Assembly: GCF_006345805.1 (NCBI RefSeq)
Contig: NW_021831830.1
Location: forward strand, 1 to 64,000
Source of the DNA: Octopus sinensis
Lineage: Eukaryota
DNA length: 64,000 nucleotides
Direction: 5' to 3'
In this document: positions 36,769-50,255 of the stretch, in pieces
How positions within the stretch are numbered: the stretch's first letter is position 1
Layout of the letters: each line of letters begins with the position of its first letter
Notes under the pieces: generated by a model
Database searches by the model: none
What the model was told of the DNA's origin: nothing
The model's input: the letters and a program-made list of their open reading frames with translations, nothing else
Position numbers and translations under genes: made by a program

Positions 36769-36811
36769 GGATACAGAAAGAAACAATGAGAGAAAAGATA
36801 TATATATATAT

Positions 36812-36951
<140 letters not shown>

Positions 36952-37364
36952 GTACATACATACATATTCAAATTGGCACCAGCAAACCTGGCATCAGTCT
37001 AACTGTTCCTACAGAAATATATTCTACACTATGCCAACTGCCGAAATCCTCAATTTTCTACCATGTGTTGCATTCAATGAAAGAAACGACTTCACTGAAA
37101 GTAAAACAATCAGATAAGTTGAACAGATGAGCAGGGGTCTAAATACTTTCACCTTCTAAATTTCTATAAAATTCACTTCCCGTCTGACCCCCGAGCATTT
37201 CATGTGGTGGAAATAGAAAGAGTTTTGAAGCTGAGTCATTCCGCTTTCAGACATTTACACCTCAAAGTAAATGTGTTGAGCTGTTCATCCTTTCATCTTT
37301 TCATCCACATCTGTGTGTATATATGTGTATACTTGTATGTACACCCACATATATATATATATAA

Positions 37365-37400
<36 letters not shown>

Positions 37401-38599
37401 GTATATATATGTATGTACATGTGTGTATGTGTGCGTTTGCGCGCGCGTTTGTATGTATGTAAATTAATGTTTGCCTTTATGGTACAAGAAAAATAGGTTT
37501 CCATTAAATTGAAGTCTTGCTCATCAAATTGAAGCATTTGGTAATGTACAAATTTATTCTTCTTTAACAAAAATAATTTTGAGAGTGACTTCGAAGTTCC
37601 TCTTGGCCGTATATAGTTTCTTATAAGCTGAAAATTCCTAGAACAGGTTGTATATTAGTTTGTGGTGGCAAGATGGTATGTCGAAAATTAATTGATTAAA
37701 TTTGGGTGAGTGTTTATGGTTAGAACTTACTTCTGCTTGTATAGCTTTGTAATTAGGCGTGTATGTTTAAATGCGTCATCTTTAGGTCAACGTGTATATT
37801 TGCATTTATACGCAAGAGGTTTATCTACAGATTTACTCAGCCGACTTCCATACACGTAACCAGATTATCCAAAGTGCTAACCCCGTAACTTCACAGCTTT
37901 GCTGGAATGTGTATGTGAGCGTGTTTGTGTGTGTGTGTCTTTATTCACGTTTACAGCGATTTTTTAAAAGATTTTAAAAATATTATTTCCTCTTAACTAT
38001 ATGACCTTTGACATCTTATTCTCCAGACTCTTGGTACTTCTCCAATATCTTACTGTCATTCTGTAATCCTAATATACTTATCTTTCAACCCCAGTAAACA
38101 TTCCATCTCTTTCCGAAGAAAAGTCCTGTTCGAATCCTTAAATCTCACTTCTTCCTGACGGTATAAGATTTCTTCCGCTGTTTGATTTAAACTTTACACT
38201 TTACCGACAAAGAAGACGATTGGATTCTCTTTACCAGCATGCCGGGTTTAATCCAATTGCAGATCAGCTATCATAAATAGGATACTATTCTTGTACACTT
38301 GTACAGTATCGTCCATGGACGCTGGGAGGAGTGATTGAATAATTTACGAAACGTCTAACCTTACGATTCCCGAATCTGATTCAAAAAGCGCCATTGATTT
38401 TAGTGTCGACCATTTAATCGCATTAAATCTGTCCATTTCTCCATTTTGAAGTGAATAACTATAATACAAGACTTCCTACTTGAAATATTTCGTGAGAGAT
38501 ATTCCTCGAGCTTTCTCAGTGTAAAGACGGATTTTCTCTTTCAGTACCAACAATGATTCCAGCCAAAAATGGAAATCAAAGTTATCAAGATAGTAACTT

Positions 38600-41500
38600 C
38601 ATCATCAGTCATATTCAACTTCATCAGTCATATGCATTTTATTCTTATACATTATTCTTATAAATTTTATACATTTATTCATTTAGTCATATACATTTTA
38701 TTCATCAGTGATATTCAACTTCATCAGTCATATACATTTTATTCTTATGCATTATTCTTATAAATTTTATACATTTATTCATTTAGTCACATACATCTTA
38801 TTCATCAGTCATATTCAACTTCATCAGTCATATACATTTTATTCTTATACATTATTCTCATAAATTTTATACATTTAATCATTTAGTCATATACATCTTA
38901 TTCATCAGTCATATTCAACTTCATCAGTCATATACATTTTATTCTTATACATTATTCTTATAAATTTTATACATTTATTCATTTAGTCATATACATTTTA
39001 TTTTAGCGGTTCAGCAAAAGAGTCCGAAAGAATAAGTACTAGGCTTACAAAGAATAAGTCCTGGGGTCGATTTGCTCGACTAAAGGCTGTGCTCTAGCTT
39101 GGCCACAGTCAAATAACTGAAACAAGTAAAAGAGTAAAAGTGTTTGACCAACTCGCTGCAAAAAGCCTACAATACATGACGAATACGACCGCAACAACAA
39201 CAACAGCGATCATCATGTACGAAGTGAAACCATTCCTCTACTGACACCTCAAATTTTGTGGAACCAGTGCCTTTTCAACGGAAAGATAATGGAATCAATG
39301 CACCTGAGGTGAAGTCAAGAATGCTACAAGACAAGCACTTTGATAAAGTTTATGAGAAATTACCAAATAAGACGCATCACATAAACAAATAAATGTGTGA
39401 TTTTTTCATCGTCTATTAGGTGAAGTGTCCCATTTTGTAGTTTTCTTGAAAATATTAAACGATTCGCGAGCGAAAGCATTAATCTGGAAATTGCTGTTAA
39501 TAATTAGATGAGAGCCGTCAGAGAAATCGGAAATCCATTTTTCATCGTATACAAACGATCTATGGGGCTACATAATAGCAGTCATTGAAACCGGAAGACG
39601 CAGTTGCAAATGATTGTAATCTGTCTTAATTTGATACATCGTTGCCTGGCTTCCTGAGTTAATTGTCGGCATTTTCACAATACATTTTGGATTATTGAAA
39701 AGCGTCTCCATTTTCTTTACACAGTCATAAAAGCAAACACGTCCTCGTTAGAGTCGCATTCATCTTGGTTTCTCCTGGCTACACTAGCATTTTCAAGACA
39801 AGGAAATACATCTTTAACTAGCAGTATCGCCCGGCGTTGCTCGGGTTTGTAAGGGAAATAACTACATAAGCATTTTTAGAGATGTAAAGTATAATAGCCA
39901 TCTCATTATGGCTAACAACAAAAGGGGGGTGTTACTGTAGCTTTTTACGTTCTGAGATTTAATAATAAATCTTTAGAGAGTTACTTCACTTATATATGCC
40001 AAAAATGCATTAAAAATGCGAAAAATTGATGGTAATTTTTTTTTTAATCGTAGACTCATCGTAGTCTCATCGTAGACGCGCGCTAATACCCAGAAGGGCT
40101 CAATATGAATCACGACTATAAGATACCCGGTTTATATACATTTTATTCATCAGTCATATTCAACTTCATCAGTCATATACATTTTATTCTTATACATTAT
40201 TCTTATAAATGTTATACATTTATTCATTTAGTCACATACATCTTATTCATCAGTCATATTCAACTTCATCAGACATATACATTTTATCTTATACATTATT
40301 CTCATAAATTTTATACATTTAATCATTTAGTCATATACATCTTATTCATCAGTCATATTCAACTTCATCAGTCATATACATTTTATTCTTATACATTATT
40401 CTTATAAATTTTATACATTTATTCATTTAGTCATATACATTTTATTTTAGCGGTTCAGCAAAAGAGTCCGAAAGAATAAGTACTAGGCTACAAAGAATAA
40501 GTCCTGGGGTCGATTTGCTCGACTAAAGGCTGTGCTCTAGCTTGGCCACAGTCAAATAACTGAAACAAGTAAAAGAGTAAAAGTGTTTGACCAACTCGCT
40601 GCAAAAAGCCTACAATACATGACGAATACGACCGCAACAACAACAACAGCGATCATCATGTACGAAGTGAAACCATGCCTCTACTGACACCTCAAATTTT
40701 GTGGAACCAGAGCCTTTTCAACGGAAAGATAATGGAATCAATGCACCTGAGGTGAAGTCAAGAATGCTACAAGACAAGCACTTTGATAAAGTTTATGAGA
40801 AATTACCAAATAAGACGCATCACATAAACAAATAAATGTGTGATTTTTTCATCGTCTATTAGGTGAAGTGTCCCATTTTGTAGTTTTCTTGAAAATATTA
40901 AACGATTCGCGAGCGAAAGCATTAATCTGGAAATTGCTGTTAATAATTAGATGAGAGCCGTCAGAGAAATCGGAAATCCATTTTTCATCGTATACAAACG
41001 ATCTATGGGGCTACATAATAGCAGTCATTGAAACCGGAAGACGCAGTTGCAAATGATTGTAATCTGTCTTAATTTGATACATCGTTGCCTGGCTTCCTGA
41101 GTTAATTGTCGGCATTTTCACAATACATTTTGGATTATTGAAAAGCGTCTCCATTTTCTTTACACAGTCATAAAAGCAAACACGTCCTCGTTAGAGTCGC
41201 ATTCATCTTGGTTTCTCCTGGCTACACTAGCATTTTCAAGACAAGGAAATACATCTTTAACTAGCAGTATCGCCCGGCGTTGCTCGGGTTTGTAAGGGAA
41301 ATAACTACATAAGCATTTTTAGAGATGTAAAGTATAATAGCCATCTCATTATGGCTAACAACAAAAGGGGGGTGTTACTGTAGCTTTTTACGTTCTGAGA
41401 TTTAATAATAAATCTTTAGAGAGTTACTTCACTTATATATGCCAAAAATGCATTAAAAATGCGAAAAATTGATGGTAATTTTTTTTTTAATCGTAGACTC

Positions 41501-42389
41501 ATCGTAGTCTCATCGTAGACGCGCGCTAATACCCAGAAGGGCTCAATATGAATCACGACTATAAGATACCCGGTTTATATACATTTTATTCATCAGTCAT
41601 ATTCAACTTCATCAGTCATATACATTTTATTCTTATACATTATTCTTATAAATGTTATACATTTATTCATTTAGTCACATACATCTTATTCATCAGTCAT
41701 ATTCAACTTCATCAGACATATACATTTTATTCTTATACATTATTCTTATAAATTTTATACATTTAATCATTTAGTCACATACATCTTATTCATCAGTCAT
41801 ATTCAACTTCATCAGTCATATACATTTTATTCTTATACATTATTCTCATAAATTTTATACATTTATTCATTTAGTCATACATTTTATTCATCAGTCATAT
41901 TCAACTTCATCAGTCATATACATTTTATTCTTATACATTATTCTTATAAATTTTATACATTTATTCATTTAGTCATATACATTTTATTCATCAGTGATAT
42001 TCAACTTCATCAGTCATATACATTTTATTCTTATACATTATTCTTATAAATTTTATACATTTATTCATTTAGTCACATACATCTTATTCATCAGTCATAT
42101 TCAACTTCATCAGTCATATACATTTTATTCTTATACATTATTCTTATAAATTTTATACATTTATTCATTTAGTCATATACATTTTATTCATCAGTCATAT
42201 TCAACTTGATCAGTCATATACATTTTATTCTTATACATTATTCTTATAAATTTTATACATTTATTCATTTAGTCATATACATTTTATTCATCAGTCATAT
42301 TCAACTTCATCAGTCATATACATTTTATTCTTATACATTATTCTTATAAATTTTATACATTTATTCATTTAGTCATATACATTTTATTT
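38600..42389. repeat. 100-bp minisatellite in three blocks (38600-39003, 40133-40447, 41576-42389)
   Basis: ttattcatcagtcatattcaacttcatcag recurs at 41881, 41981, 42081, 42181 and 42281. Confidence 0.9.
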
Positions 42390-43516
42390 TAGCGGTTCAG
42401 CAAAAGAGTCCGAAAGAATAAGTACTAGGCTTACAAAGAATAAGTCCTGGGGTCGATTTGCTCGACTAAAGGCTGTGCTCTAGCATGGCCACAGTCAAAT
42501 AACTGAAACAAGTAAAAGAGTAAAAGTGTTTGACCAACTCGCTGCAAAAAGCCTACAATACATGACGAATACGACCGCAACAACAACAACAGCGATCATC
42601 ATGTACGAAGTGAAACCATGCCTCTACTGACACCTCAAATTTTGTGGAACCAGAGCCTTTTCAACGGAAAGATAATGGAATCAATGCACCTGAGGTGAAG
42701 TCAAGAATGCTACAAGACAAGCACTTTGATAAAGTTTATGAGAAATTACCAAATAAGACGCATCACATAAACAAATAAATGTGTGATTTTTTCATCGTCT
42801 ATTAGGTGAAGTGTCCCATTTTGTAGTTTTCTTGAAAATATTAAACGATTCGCGAGCGAAAGCATTAATCTGGAAATTGCTGTTAATAATTAGATGAGAG
42901 CCGTCAGAGAAATCGGAAATCCATTTTTCATCGTATACAAACGATCTATGGGGCTACATAATAGCAGTCATTGAAACCGGAAGACGCAGTTGCAAATGAT
43001 TGTAATCTGTCTTAATTTGATACATCGTTGCCTGGCTTCCTGAGTTAATTGTCGGCATTTTCACAATACATTTTGGATTATTGAAAAGCGTCTCCATTTT
43101 CTTTACACAGTCATAAAAGCAAACACGTCCTCATTAGAGTCGCATTCATCTTGGTTTCTCCTGGCTACACTAGCATTTTCAAGACAAGGAAATACATCTT
43201 TAACTAGCAGTATCGCCCGGCGTTGCTCGGGTTTGTAAGGGAAATAACTACATAAGCATTTTTAGAGATGTAAAGTATAATAGCCATCTCATTATGGCTA
43301 ACAACAAAAGGGGGGTGTTACTGTAGCTTTTTACGTTCTGAGATTTAATAATAAATCTTTAGAGAGTTACTTCACTTATATATGCCAAAAATGCATTAAA
43401 AATGCGAAATATTGATAGTAATTTTTTTTTATCGTAGACTCATCGTAGACTCATCGTAGACGCGCGCTAATACCCAGAAGGGCTCAATATGAATCACGAC
43501 TATAAGATACCCGGTT
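38690..43516. repeat. Triplication of a ~1.44-kb unit (minisatellite + SINE-B 3' half + ~690 bp unique + Helentron-like 5' part)
   Basis: tagcggttcagc at 39004, 40448 and 42390; agatacccggtt at 40121, 41564 and 43505; the copies are near-identical. Confidence 0.9.
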
Positions 43517-44210
43517 TTGGTTAAACTGCACCGTAAAATGTGGGAGTAGTTAGGAATCTAAATCGTAGGAGACAGACACACAACTTCACTTTTATATATA
43601 AATAGGTATCATTTTCGGCTACAATTGCATCAACAGTATTCTGGCAATATGAAATTCCCTTTGCTGGTCTGAACGATATTTTTCGCAGCGAACAGAGGCG
43701 TCCATTGGCCTCAAACTCTATATTTTCTTTTCGATGTCGGCAAACTTAATTTCTCGTACAGCCTAACAAATCAAGCGCAGACGTACTGATAATGTCGTTT
43801 ATTTTTATAGTAGACTGCAGTATTGCCCGGCGTTGCTCGGGTTTGTAAGGGAAATAAATATGTAAGTATTTTTAGAGAGTTATAGCCAAAAAATAGCCAA
43901 AAAAATGCATTAAAAATGGAAAAAAAAATTATGGTAATTTTTTTTTTAAATCGTTGACTCATCGTAGACATTTTTAGAGAGTTACTTCCCTTATATAATA
44001 GCGAAAAAATGCATTAAACTGGCAAAAAATTATGGTAAATTATTTTTAAAATCGTAGACTCATCGTAGACCCGCGCTAATACCCAGAAGGGCTCGATATG
44101 AATCACGACTATAAGATACCCGCTTTTGGTTACACTGCACCGCAAAATGTGGGAGTAGTTAGGAATCTAAATCGTAGGAGACAGACACACAACTTGACTT
44201 TTATATATAA
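43202..44210 (+). mobile_element. Two Helitron/Helentron-like non-autonomous elements (43202-43600 and ~43811-44210)
   Basis: Same termini as 16574-17075; a variant subfamily lies at 46014-46402. Confidence 0.55.
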
Positions 44211-44664
44211 AGATTTGATAACTTGTTGTGTATATACGCCGATAATGTCGGATTAATCAAAACGCAGTTAATTGTTATGGCGGCTGAGATCATTTTTCAC
44301 AACGATTAATTAGGCGTGTCACACTTAAAATAAATTCAATAATTTGTTCTTGTATTAACCTGGAAAATTTATCATCGATAAGAAGATCAGTATAATTAAA
44401 TGGAGATTGTTTTGTGGCAAACGTTTGTAGAAGCAGGAGCAAAAATATAGCTGGCTCTTTAATGCTGGCCGAAACACTGATACATTTTAGCTGAATGTTT
44501 ATTGCCAAGTGTGTAGTAAACCTCTGAATTGGTTGGAAATAATAGATTCTCTCTGAAGCATAAATTTATGGTCAAGAACAAGAAAGGTGCAAAGCTTTTT
44601 GTCTCACACTAATTCGTGTTATTATGTATGATGCAAAGATATCTATTTCAATCGTATAGAGGAG

Positions 44665-44978
44665 ACCCCCTTCGGTCATGAATGACCATTGGATTGCCCC
44701 TAGGAAGTTACCCTCCGAGGCAGAAGTCCGGGCATGGTTGTTTGTGGAAGGCCAGCAGTCGGCCATGCATACCGGCCTCTCTTCTCCATGTCACTGATGT
44801 TATCCAAGGGAAAGTCAAAGGGGCCGATACAGCTTGGCATTGCTACAGCTGAGTTAACTGGAGCAACGTGAAATAAAGTATCTTGATCAAGAACACAACA
44901 CACAGCCCGGTCCGGGAATCGAACTCATAACCTCACGATCGTAAGCTCGACACTCTGACCACTGAGCCACGAGCCTTC
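44665..44978 (-). mobile_element. SINE family C
   Basis: Colinear with 12722-13041. Confidence 0.8.
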
Positions 44979-45699
44979 AATCGTAGAATGGCTTCAAATT
45001 TTGGCACAAGGCTAGCAAACTGGGTGAGTGGAGAATATAAGTCAATTAGATCGACCCCAGTGTTCGAATGGTGTCTATTTTATCGACCCCGAAAGGATGA
45101 AAGGCAAAGTCAACCTCAGAGGAATTTGAACTCAGAAGCTGAACGGAGACCTAATCCCGCTTAAGCGTTTTACCCGACGCGGTAACTATTCAGTCAACTC
45201 GCTGCCTTATTTTTAACCTTAAAATGCTTATTTTAAACATAGGCTCTTACTCAACCAGGCATGTTGTCAGTGGGTTCGTTTGATAAGGAACTCCAACAAG
45301 GCAGAAACATGCACCAATCACTCTTGCCGCCACTGTTAGATGAACTTTATGTGATATACCCGTGTGTTTTTTAAACCAATCCATCCATAAAGAATATTAT
45401 CCACAGACGAATTCCTCAGTTACTTTGCCCTTTCGCCTTTTATCTACATTAGGTATGATACACAAATAGATTTGTACATGTGATATTGTTTATTACAGCA
45501 TGTAACGGGTTTTAACTCGTGTATTCTTATAAACCCGATCGCGTAGAATAAGATTAACATATTCAAATGCCAACACGGCGGCAAAAGTGATATGTTGATG
45601 TCATAGCAGTATTTAACGCAAGATGCGTCATGAATAATCTAAGTGTTAAAACGGCGGTTTTTTACTTCTTTAACTTTGCGTGATTTCGGATTCAATCAG

Positions 45700-45893
45700 G
45701 CTTTCAAATTTTTGTTTATTCTTGTGACAAGCTTGTTGTTGATCTTCAAAATCTTGATGGTGCAGCAAAATTTACAACAGACCAGTTGCGAAGAAAGACG
45801 GCATCGGCGCTGTGTATATCGTTATATTTTCGTCTTTTCATTGGCAAAGACTTTCCTTCATTTTTTTCTACGATAGCCTTCTCAGCAAGCATG
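45700..45893 (+). CDS. Candidate internal coding exon of an unidentified gene (possible upstream exon 45407-45452)
   Basis: cag|GC...ATG|gtaatt; 194 nt open in phase 1 to 0 with strong third-position A/T bias; reads (G)FQIFVYSCDKLVVDLQNLDGAAKFTTDQLRRKTASALCISLYFRLFIGKDFPSFFSTIAFSASM. Confidence 0.35.
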
Positions 45894-48161
45894 GTAATTT
45901 GGCTTACACACTGATCAAATAGTCTTATGATATATCGCATGTCGGCAATTATATATTTATTATATTGCTGCTCTTAAAGTCTCCTCTTCAAAGTTTAGTG
46001 GATTCTTATTAAATACTAGCAGTATCGCCCGGCGTTGCTCGGATTTGTTTCGACCCTTTAGAATTGGAATTTTTGAAAAGTAAAAATTTTGCATTATGTA
46101 GCTTGTTATTCTCTTTAAGTGAACATTTTTCTGGTTGAAATACACCGAAAAATGACGACACAGCAGTCAAAAAATCTTTAAAAAATAGGGATTTTCATAG
46201 AAAAACCCCCCACCTTTTTGATGTAAATAATTTTTGGTGTTAACATGGTCCGATTTGAATTTTTTCTTCTACGGAATGAAGAGCAAGCCTTCTTCTATCA
46301 TACTCTCAATTTTGGTAAAGTTGCGCTGCAGGGTCTCGAAGGAGATAGTGTTAGTTGAAGGCTACCAAACCTGCCATACACAGACAACTTCAGCTTTATA
46401 TAGAGAGAGATGGAGTGTTTAATGATATATGTTTCCGATCGGATCGTATAGAGGAGGTGCCTGAGGACTTTAGGCATTCTCTGCCTCCTAGGCCTAGTAG
46501 GTGGAGAAAATGGATTAATGGATATAGTTTATTGGTAGTTTGTTGGTGCGTCAGCTTTGGTCGTATATATATTTGGCAATCTTGCCCAGGTGTTTTCGCT
46601 CAATAAACACTCACAGCACCCGGTCTGGAAATCGAAACCGCGAGTCCGCTGCCCTAACCACCGGGCCATTGTGCCTCCACGTGTATATACAGAAGGATAT
46701 AGTTAATGTATTTTCACCAAGTGTGGCAGAAATACGCCAGTGAGCAGCTCATAAAGATTCGAGGAAGCGTTTCCAACGCTTCGTAATAGAGTATACTTTG
46801 ACACAATAAACGGGAATTGAATAGATTATTTTCTGTCTGTTCCCAAATGGCCCCTTCAAGGTACTGCAAACAAGTCCTCATATATGATTTTGGAAGGTAG
46901 TACCTTGATGAAGTTTTTCTGCAGCTGCAAGTAACATTTGTAAAATTTTCAACAGAAATCTTATACAATCGATATTGCCAGTCACATGAAAAATTTAAAG
47001 GTTTCACTAACCCTTTCGTTCGATATCTAAATACCCAGTAAACAAAAGAGCTATGGAAGCCCTAAAACCCCACAAGATGAGACCGGAAATGTCGATTGTG
47101 TCATATTCGTTGCCATATATGACTATTCCCCTGTTTTCGATTGTTCGATAGCAAAAGTATTTCGCTGGTAACATGATGTAATATGGCCGTTATGCATCCA
47201 TGGAAAACACTACGCTTCGCTTTTACGACGAACATACACGAATGCATAACGCTTTGAGATTTTCTTTTCGTTTTGTTTGTTTTTTTTCACGTCAAACTCA
47301 TTCTCTTCGTAGTTTCTCGAATCCACAGCAATATTTGTTCTCCGCATTTTATCAAGCAACAATGAAAGTTGGCTCCCGGGCCGCATGGTTTCGGGTTCAC
47401 TCCCATTACGTGACAACTTCGGCAGCTGTCTTTTATTATAACCCAGGGTCTTCAAAGCCTTGTGAGTCGATTTGGTAAACGGAAACTGAAAAGAAGCCCA
47501 TCGTATATAAATGTGTGTGCGCTTATATATGTATGTGTGCGTATATGTACGTGTGTATGTGTGTATGTTTGTGTGTCTTCGTTTCTGTGTTTGCTCCCCG
47601 CACCGTCATTTGACAACCGGTGTCGGCGTGTTTACGGCCCCATAAATATCGGTTCGGCATGTGCGCTGATGTATGTATGTGTGTGTATATGTGCCTGTGT
47701 ATGTGCCTGTGTATGTGTGTACATTAGCGTGTCTTAGTTTCTGTGTTTCCTCCTCGCATCATCATTTGACAACCGGTGTCGGCGTGTTTACGGCACCATA
47801 AATATCGGTTCGGCAATAGTACCGGGCTTTAAAAAATGTACTAAGGTCGATTCTTCATGATGATGCCCCAGCCTGGCCGCAGCCTAGTGACTGAGGCAAG
47901 TAGCGGATGGAAGATAAATAATATATATATCTATATTGTTGAGTACATTCGTATGACTAAATCACATTTAAGAAGGATCGGAATTACTCGACCTGTAATA
48001 TAGTTATGAAGCGTCGGTAGGGAACAAATGATGCACACTTGTGCTTGTCTCAATTCCTACGAGGTTTGATCTGTACATCGTAGACTGGATGACGATCATC
48101 TACGTGGAGCTCTAAACATAATAGCACAAGTCGAACATCTAGCTGTGCACACTGGATGGTA

Positions 48162-48194
<33 letters not shown>

Positions 48195-48195
48195 G

Positions 48196-48228
<33 letters not shown>

Positions 48229-48365
48229 TGTGTTTGTATGTTTGTGTGTGTGTATGAAGGTGTATATGTGTGTAAATTCATATATATATATAAGCGTACT
48301 CGCACTTTTAGACGCACCTGCACGCATACACATATTTATGTATACGTATATATATATATATATAT

Positions 48366-48426
48366 GAATGAAATAAAACGATTTCTGTTCAATCTGCGTT
48401 CAGCTCCATTTCTTCAATTCACCAAT

Positions 48427-48429
<3 letters not shown>
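48366..48429 (+). mobile_element. 64-nt copy of the PLE tail downstream of the HHR cleavage site
   Basis: Identical to 5199-5262; preceded by (TA)n. Confidence 0.85.
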
Positions 48430-48483
<54 letters not shown>

Positions 48484-49378
48484 AATATATATACTTAGAT
48501 AGGTGGATGTAAGCATGTGTATGTATATATATATATGAAGGTGTATATGTGTGTATATACATATATATATATAAGCGTACTGACACTTTTACACGCACCT
48601 GATATATGTATATGTATATATATACATGTATATATGTATGAATATATATATACATAGATTGGTAGATGTATGTGTGTGTGTACACATATATAAATATATA
48701 TATATGGGAGATATAGAGAGATAGAGAGGGAAAATGAGTGAGAAGCACCACAGTTTGTCTCTGTGTGTGCATGTGTGCGTGAGTGAGCGCGCGCAAGTGT
48801 GTGTATGCCTCTGTATGTGTGTGTGTGTGTGTGTGTGTGTGCGTGAGTGTGCGCACGCACTCTGTTTATGCCACTGTGTGCCTCTGTGTGTGTGTGTGCG
48901 TGTGTGTGTGTTGTGTGTGTGTTGTGTGTGTGTCTGTGTGTGTGTCAGTGTGTCTGCCAGTGTCTACAAAACTTTTATTCCGAGGTGGGAACACAGCTGG
49001 ACATAAGTGCCCGTGTCTTCGTGTTTTCAGAAGAAACTTTTTATTCTTGAAGCGCAGAAAAAAAAGCAAAATCAAAATTGCAAAAAAAAAAAAAATTGAA
49101 AAACAGAATTTTTTTGTTTTTTTTTTCTTGTAGATCAAACGCAAAATATTAGATCAAATAATTCTTTCCCCTTCTTCCTCAGTTATTCACCTTCGACTGA
49201 AAATTTTCTAGTGAAGCACAGTTGTGTGATTGAGAAATTCCTTTTAGATTTACACGGTTTCGGGTTCAGCGACATTGTGCGGCACTTTACATAGGATACA
49301 TGACTTCTCGTACAAGACCGAGCAATCCTGTGACTGTGCAAATTTGGTAGACGGAAACTGTATGGAAGCCAGTCGTAC

Positions 49379-49421
<43 letters not shown>

Positions 49422-49522
49422 GTTAATCCAAACCTGAAAACAAAAAGAGAAAACACAACAACGCGAGGACGTTGAACAAGTATAGTATTATTGGACGCAC
49501 AGGAAAGAAGGAAAGAAGGAGG

Positions 49523-49557
49523 GTTTAACGTTTCGAGCGGAGCTCTTCGTCGGAAAC
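49523..49557 (-). ncRNA. Minimal HHR-like motif (U4C variant)
   Basis: GTTT-CCGACGA-A-GAGC TCC GCTC-GAAA-CG-TT-AAAC. Confidence 0.4.
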
Positions 49558-49611
49558 ATAGGAAAAAGAAAGATCCAAGGAAGGGAAGACGGAGGGAAAA
49601 TCGCCAACGAT

Positions 49612-49646
<35 letters not shown>

Positions 49647-49652
49647 CATATA

Positions 49653-49706
49653 CTCTTTTACTTGTTTCAGCCATCCGGCTGAGGCCATGCTGGGGCACCG
49701 CCCTTA
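49653..49706 (-). mobile_element. Isolated LINE/SINE-B 3' tail
   Basis: AAGGGCGGTGCCCCAGCATGGCCTCAGCCGGATGGCTGAAACAAGTAAAAGAG. Confidence 0.8.
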
Positions 49707-49722
49707 TTTTTTTATTTCTTAT

Positions 49723-49834
49723 TCGACGGATCCGGCGCCTTTCGTGGAAGCTTTCGCCCGCTTCTTAGGACCGACTGACCCGTGCTCGACCGCCGTTGGC
49801 ACGGAACCCTTCTCCACTTCGGTCTTCGAAGGTC
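49723..49834 (-). rRNA. 28S rRNA fragment (pseudogene piece, region running into D7a)
   Basis: Minus strand GAAGACCGAAGTGGAGAAGGGTTCC...GGGTCAGTCGGTCCTAAG matches the conserved LSU block GAAGGCCGAAGTGGAGAAGGGTTCC...GGGTCAGTCGGTCCT. Confidence 0.85.
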
Positions 49835-49880
49835 ATACATACATATACATACATACGTATATATATATATATATTATATA

Positions 49881-49911
<31 letters not shown>

Positions 49912-49914
49912 AAC

Positions 49915-49951
<37 letters not shown>

Positions 49952-50255
49952 GTGTGTGTGTGTGTGTGTGATTCACTTCAATATTTAAATTTAATTTGTG
50001 TTAAAATAAATTTGTTGCTTTGTAACCGCGACCTGTTCACTGACGAAACAAAGCTTGAGAGAGGAAAGACAACGGTTATGCTATGAGCTTCATTACCTTA
50101 CAGCTGTTTCTGCAATAGGATGCAGTGGACTCTTAGTTAAGTACCTCAATAACATGCTATAGCTCCATCGGAGCCTTGAATATGAAGAAAAAGAATCACA
50201 TATGTGCAATATACACAGGGATGACATTATGAGGGAGAACGTCATTGTCTTTTAG

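Noticed and set aside
38600-42389. CTGATGA twice per unit on the minus strand of the 100-bp minisatellite as a hammerhead
   Set aside because: No GAAA box and no stems II/III can be formed.
46714-47030. Possible SWIM-finger or coding remnant (VTCSCRK)
   Set aside because: The remaining Cys/His ligands are missing and stops interrupt the alternative frames.
50047-50085. CTGACGA...GAAA as a hammerhead
   Set aside because: The intervening sequence does not form stem II and there is no stem I or III.
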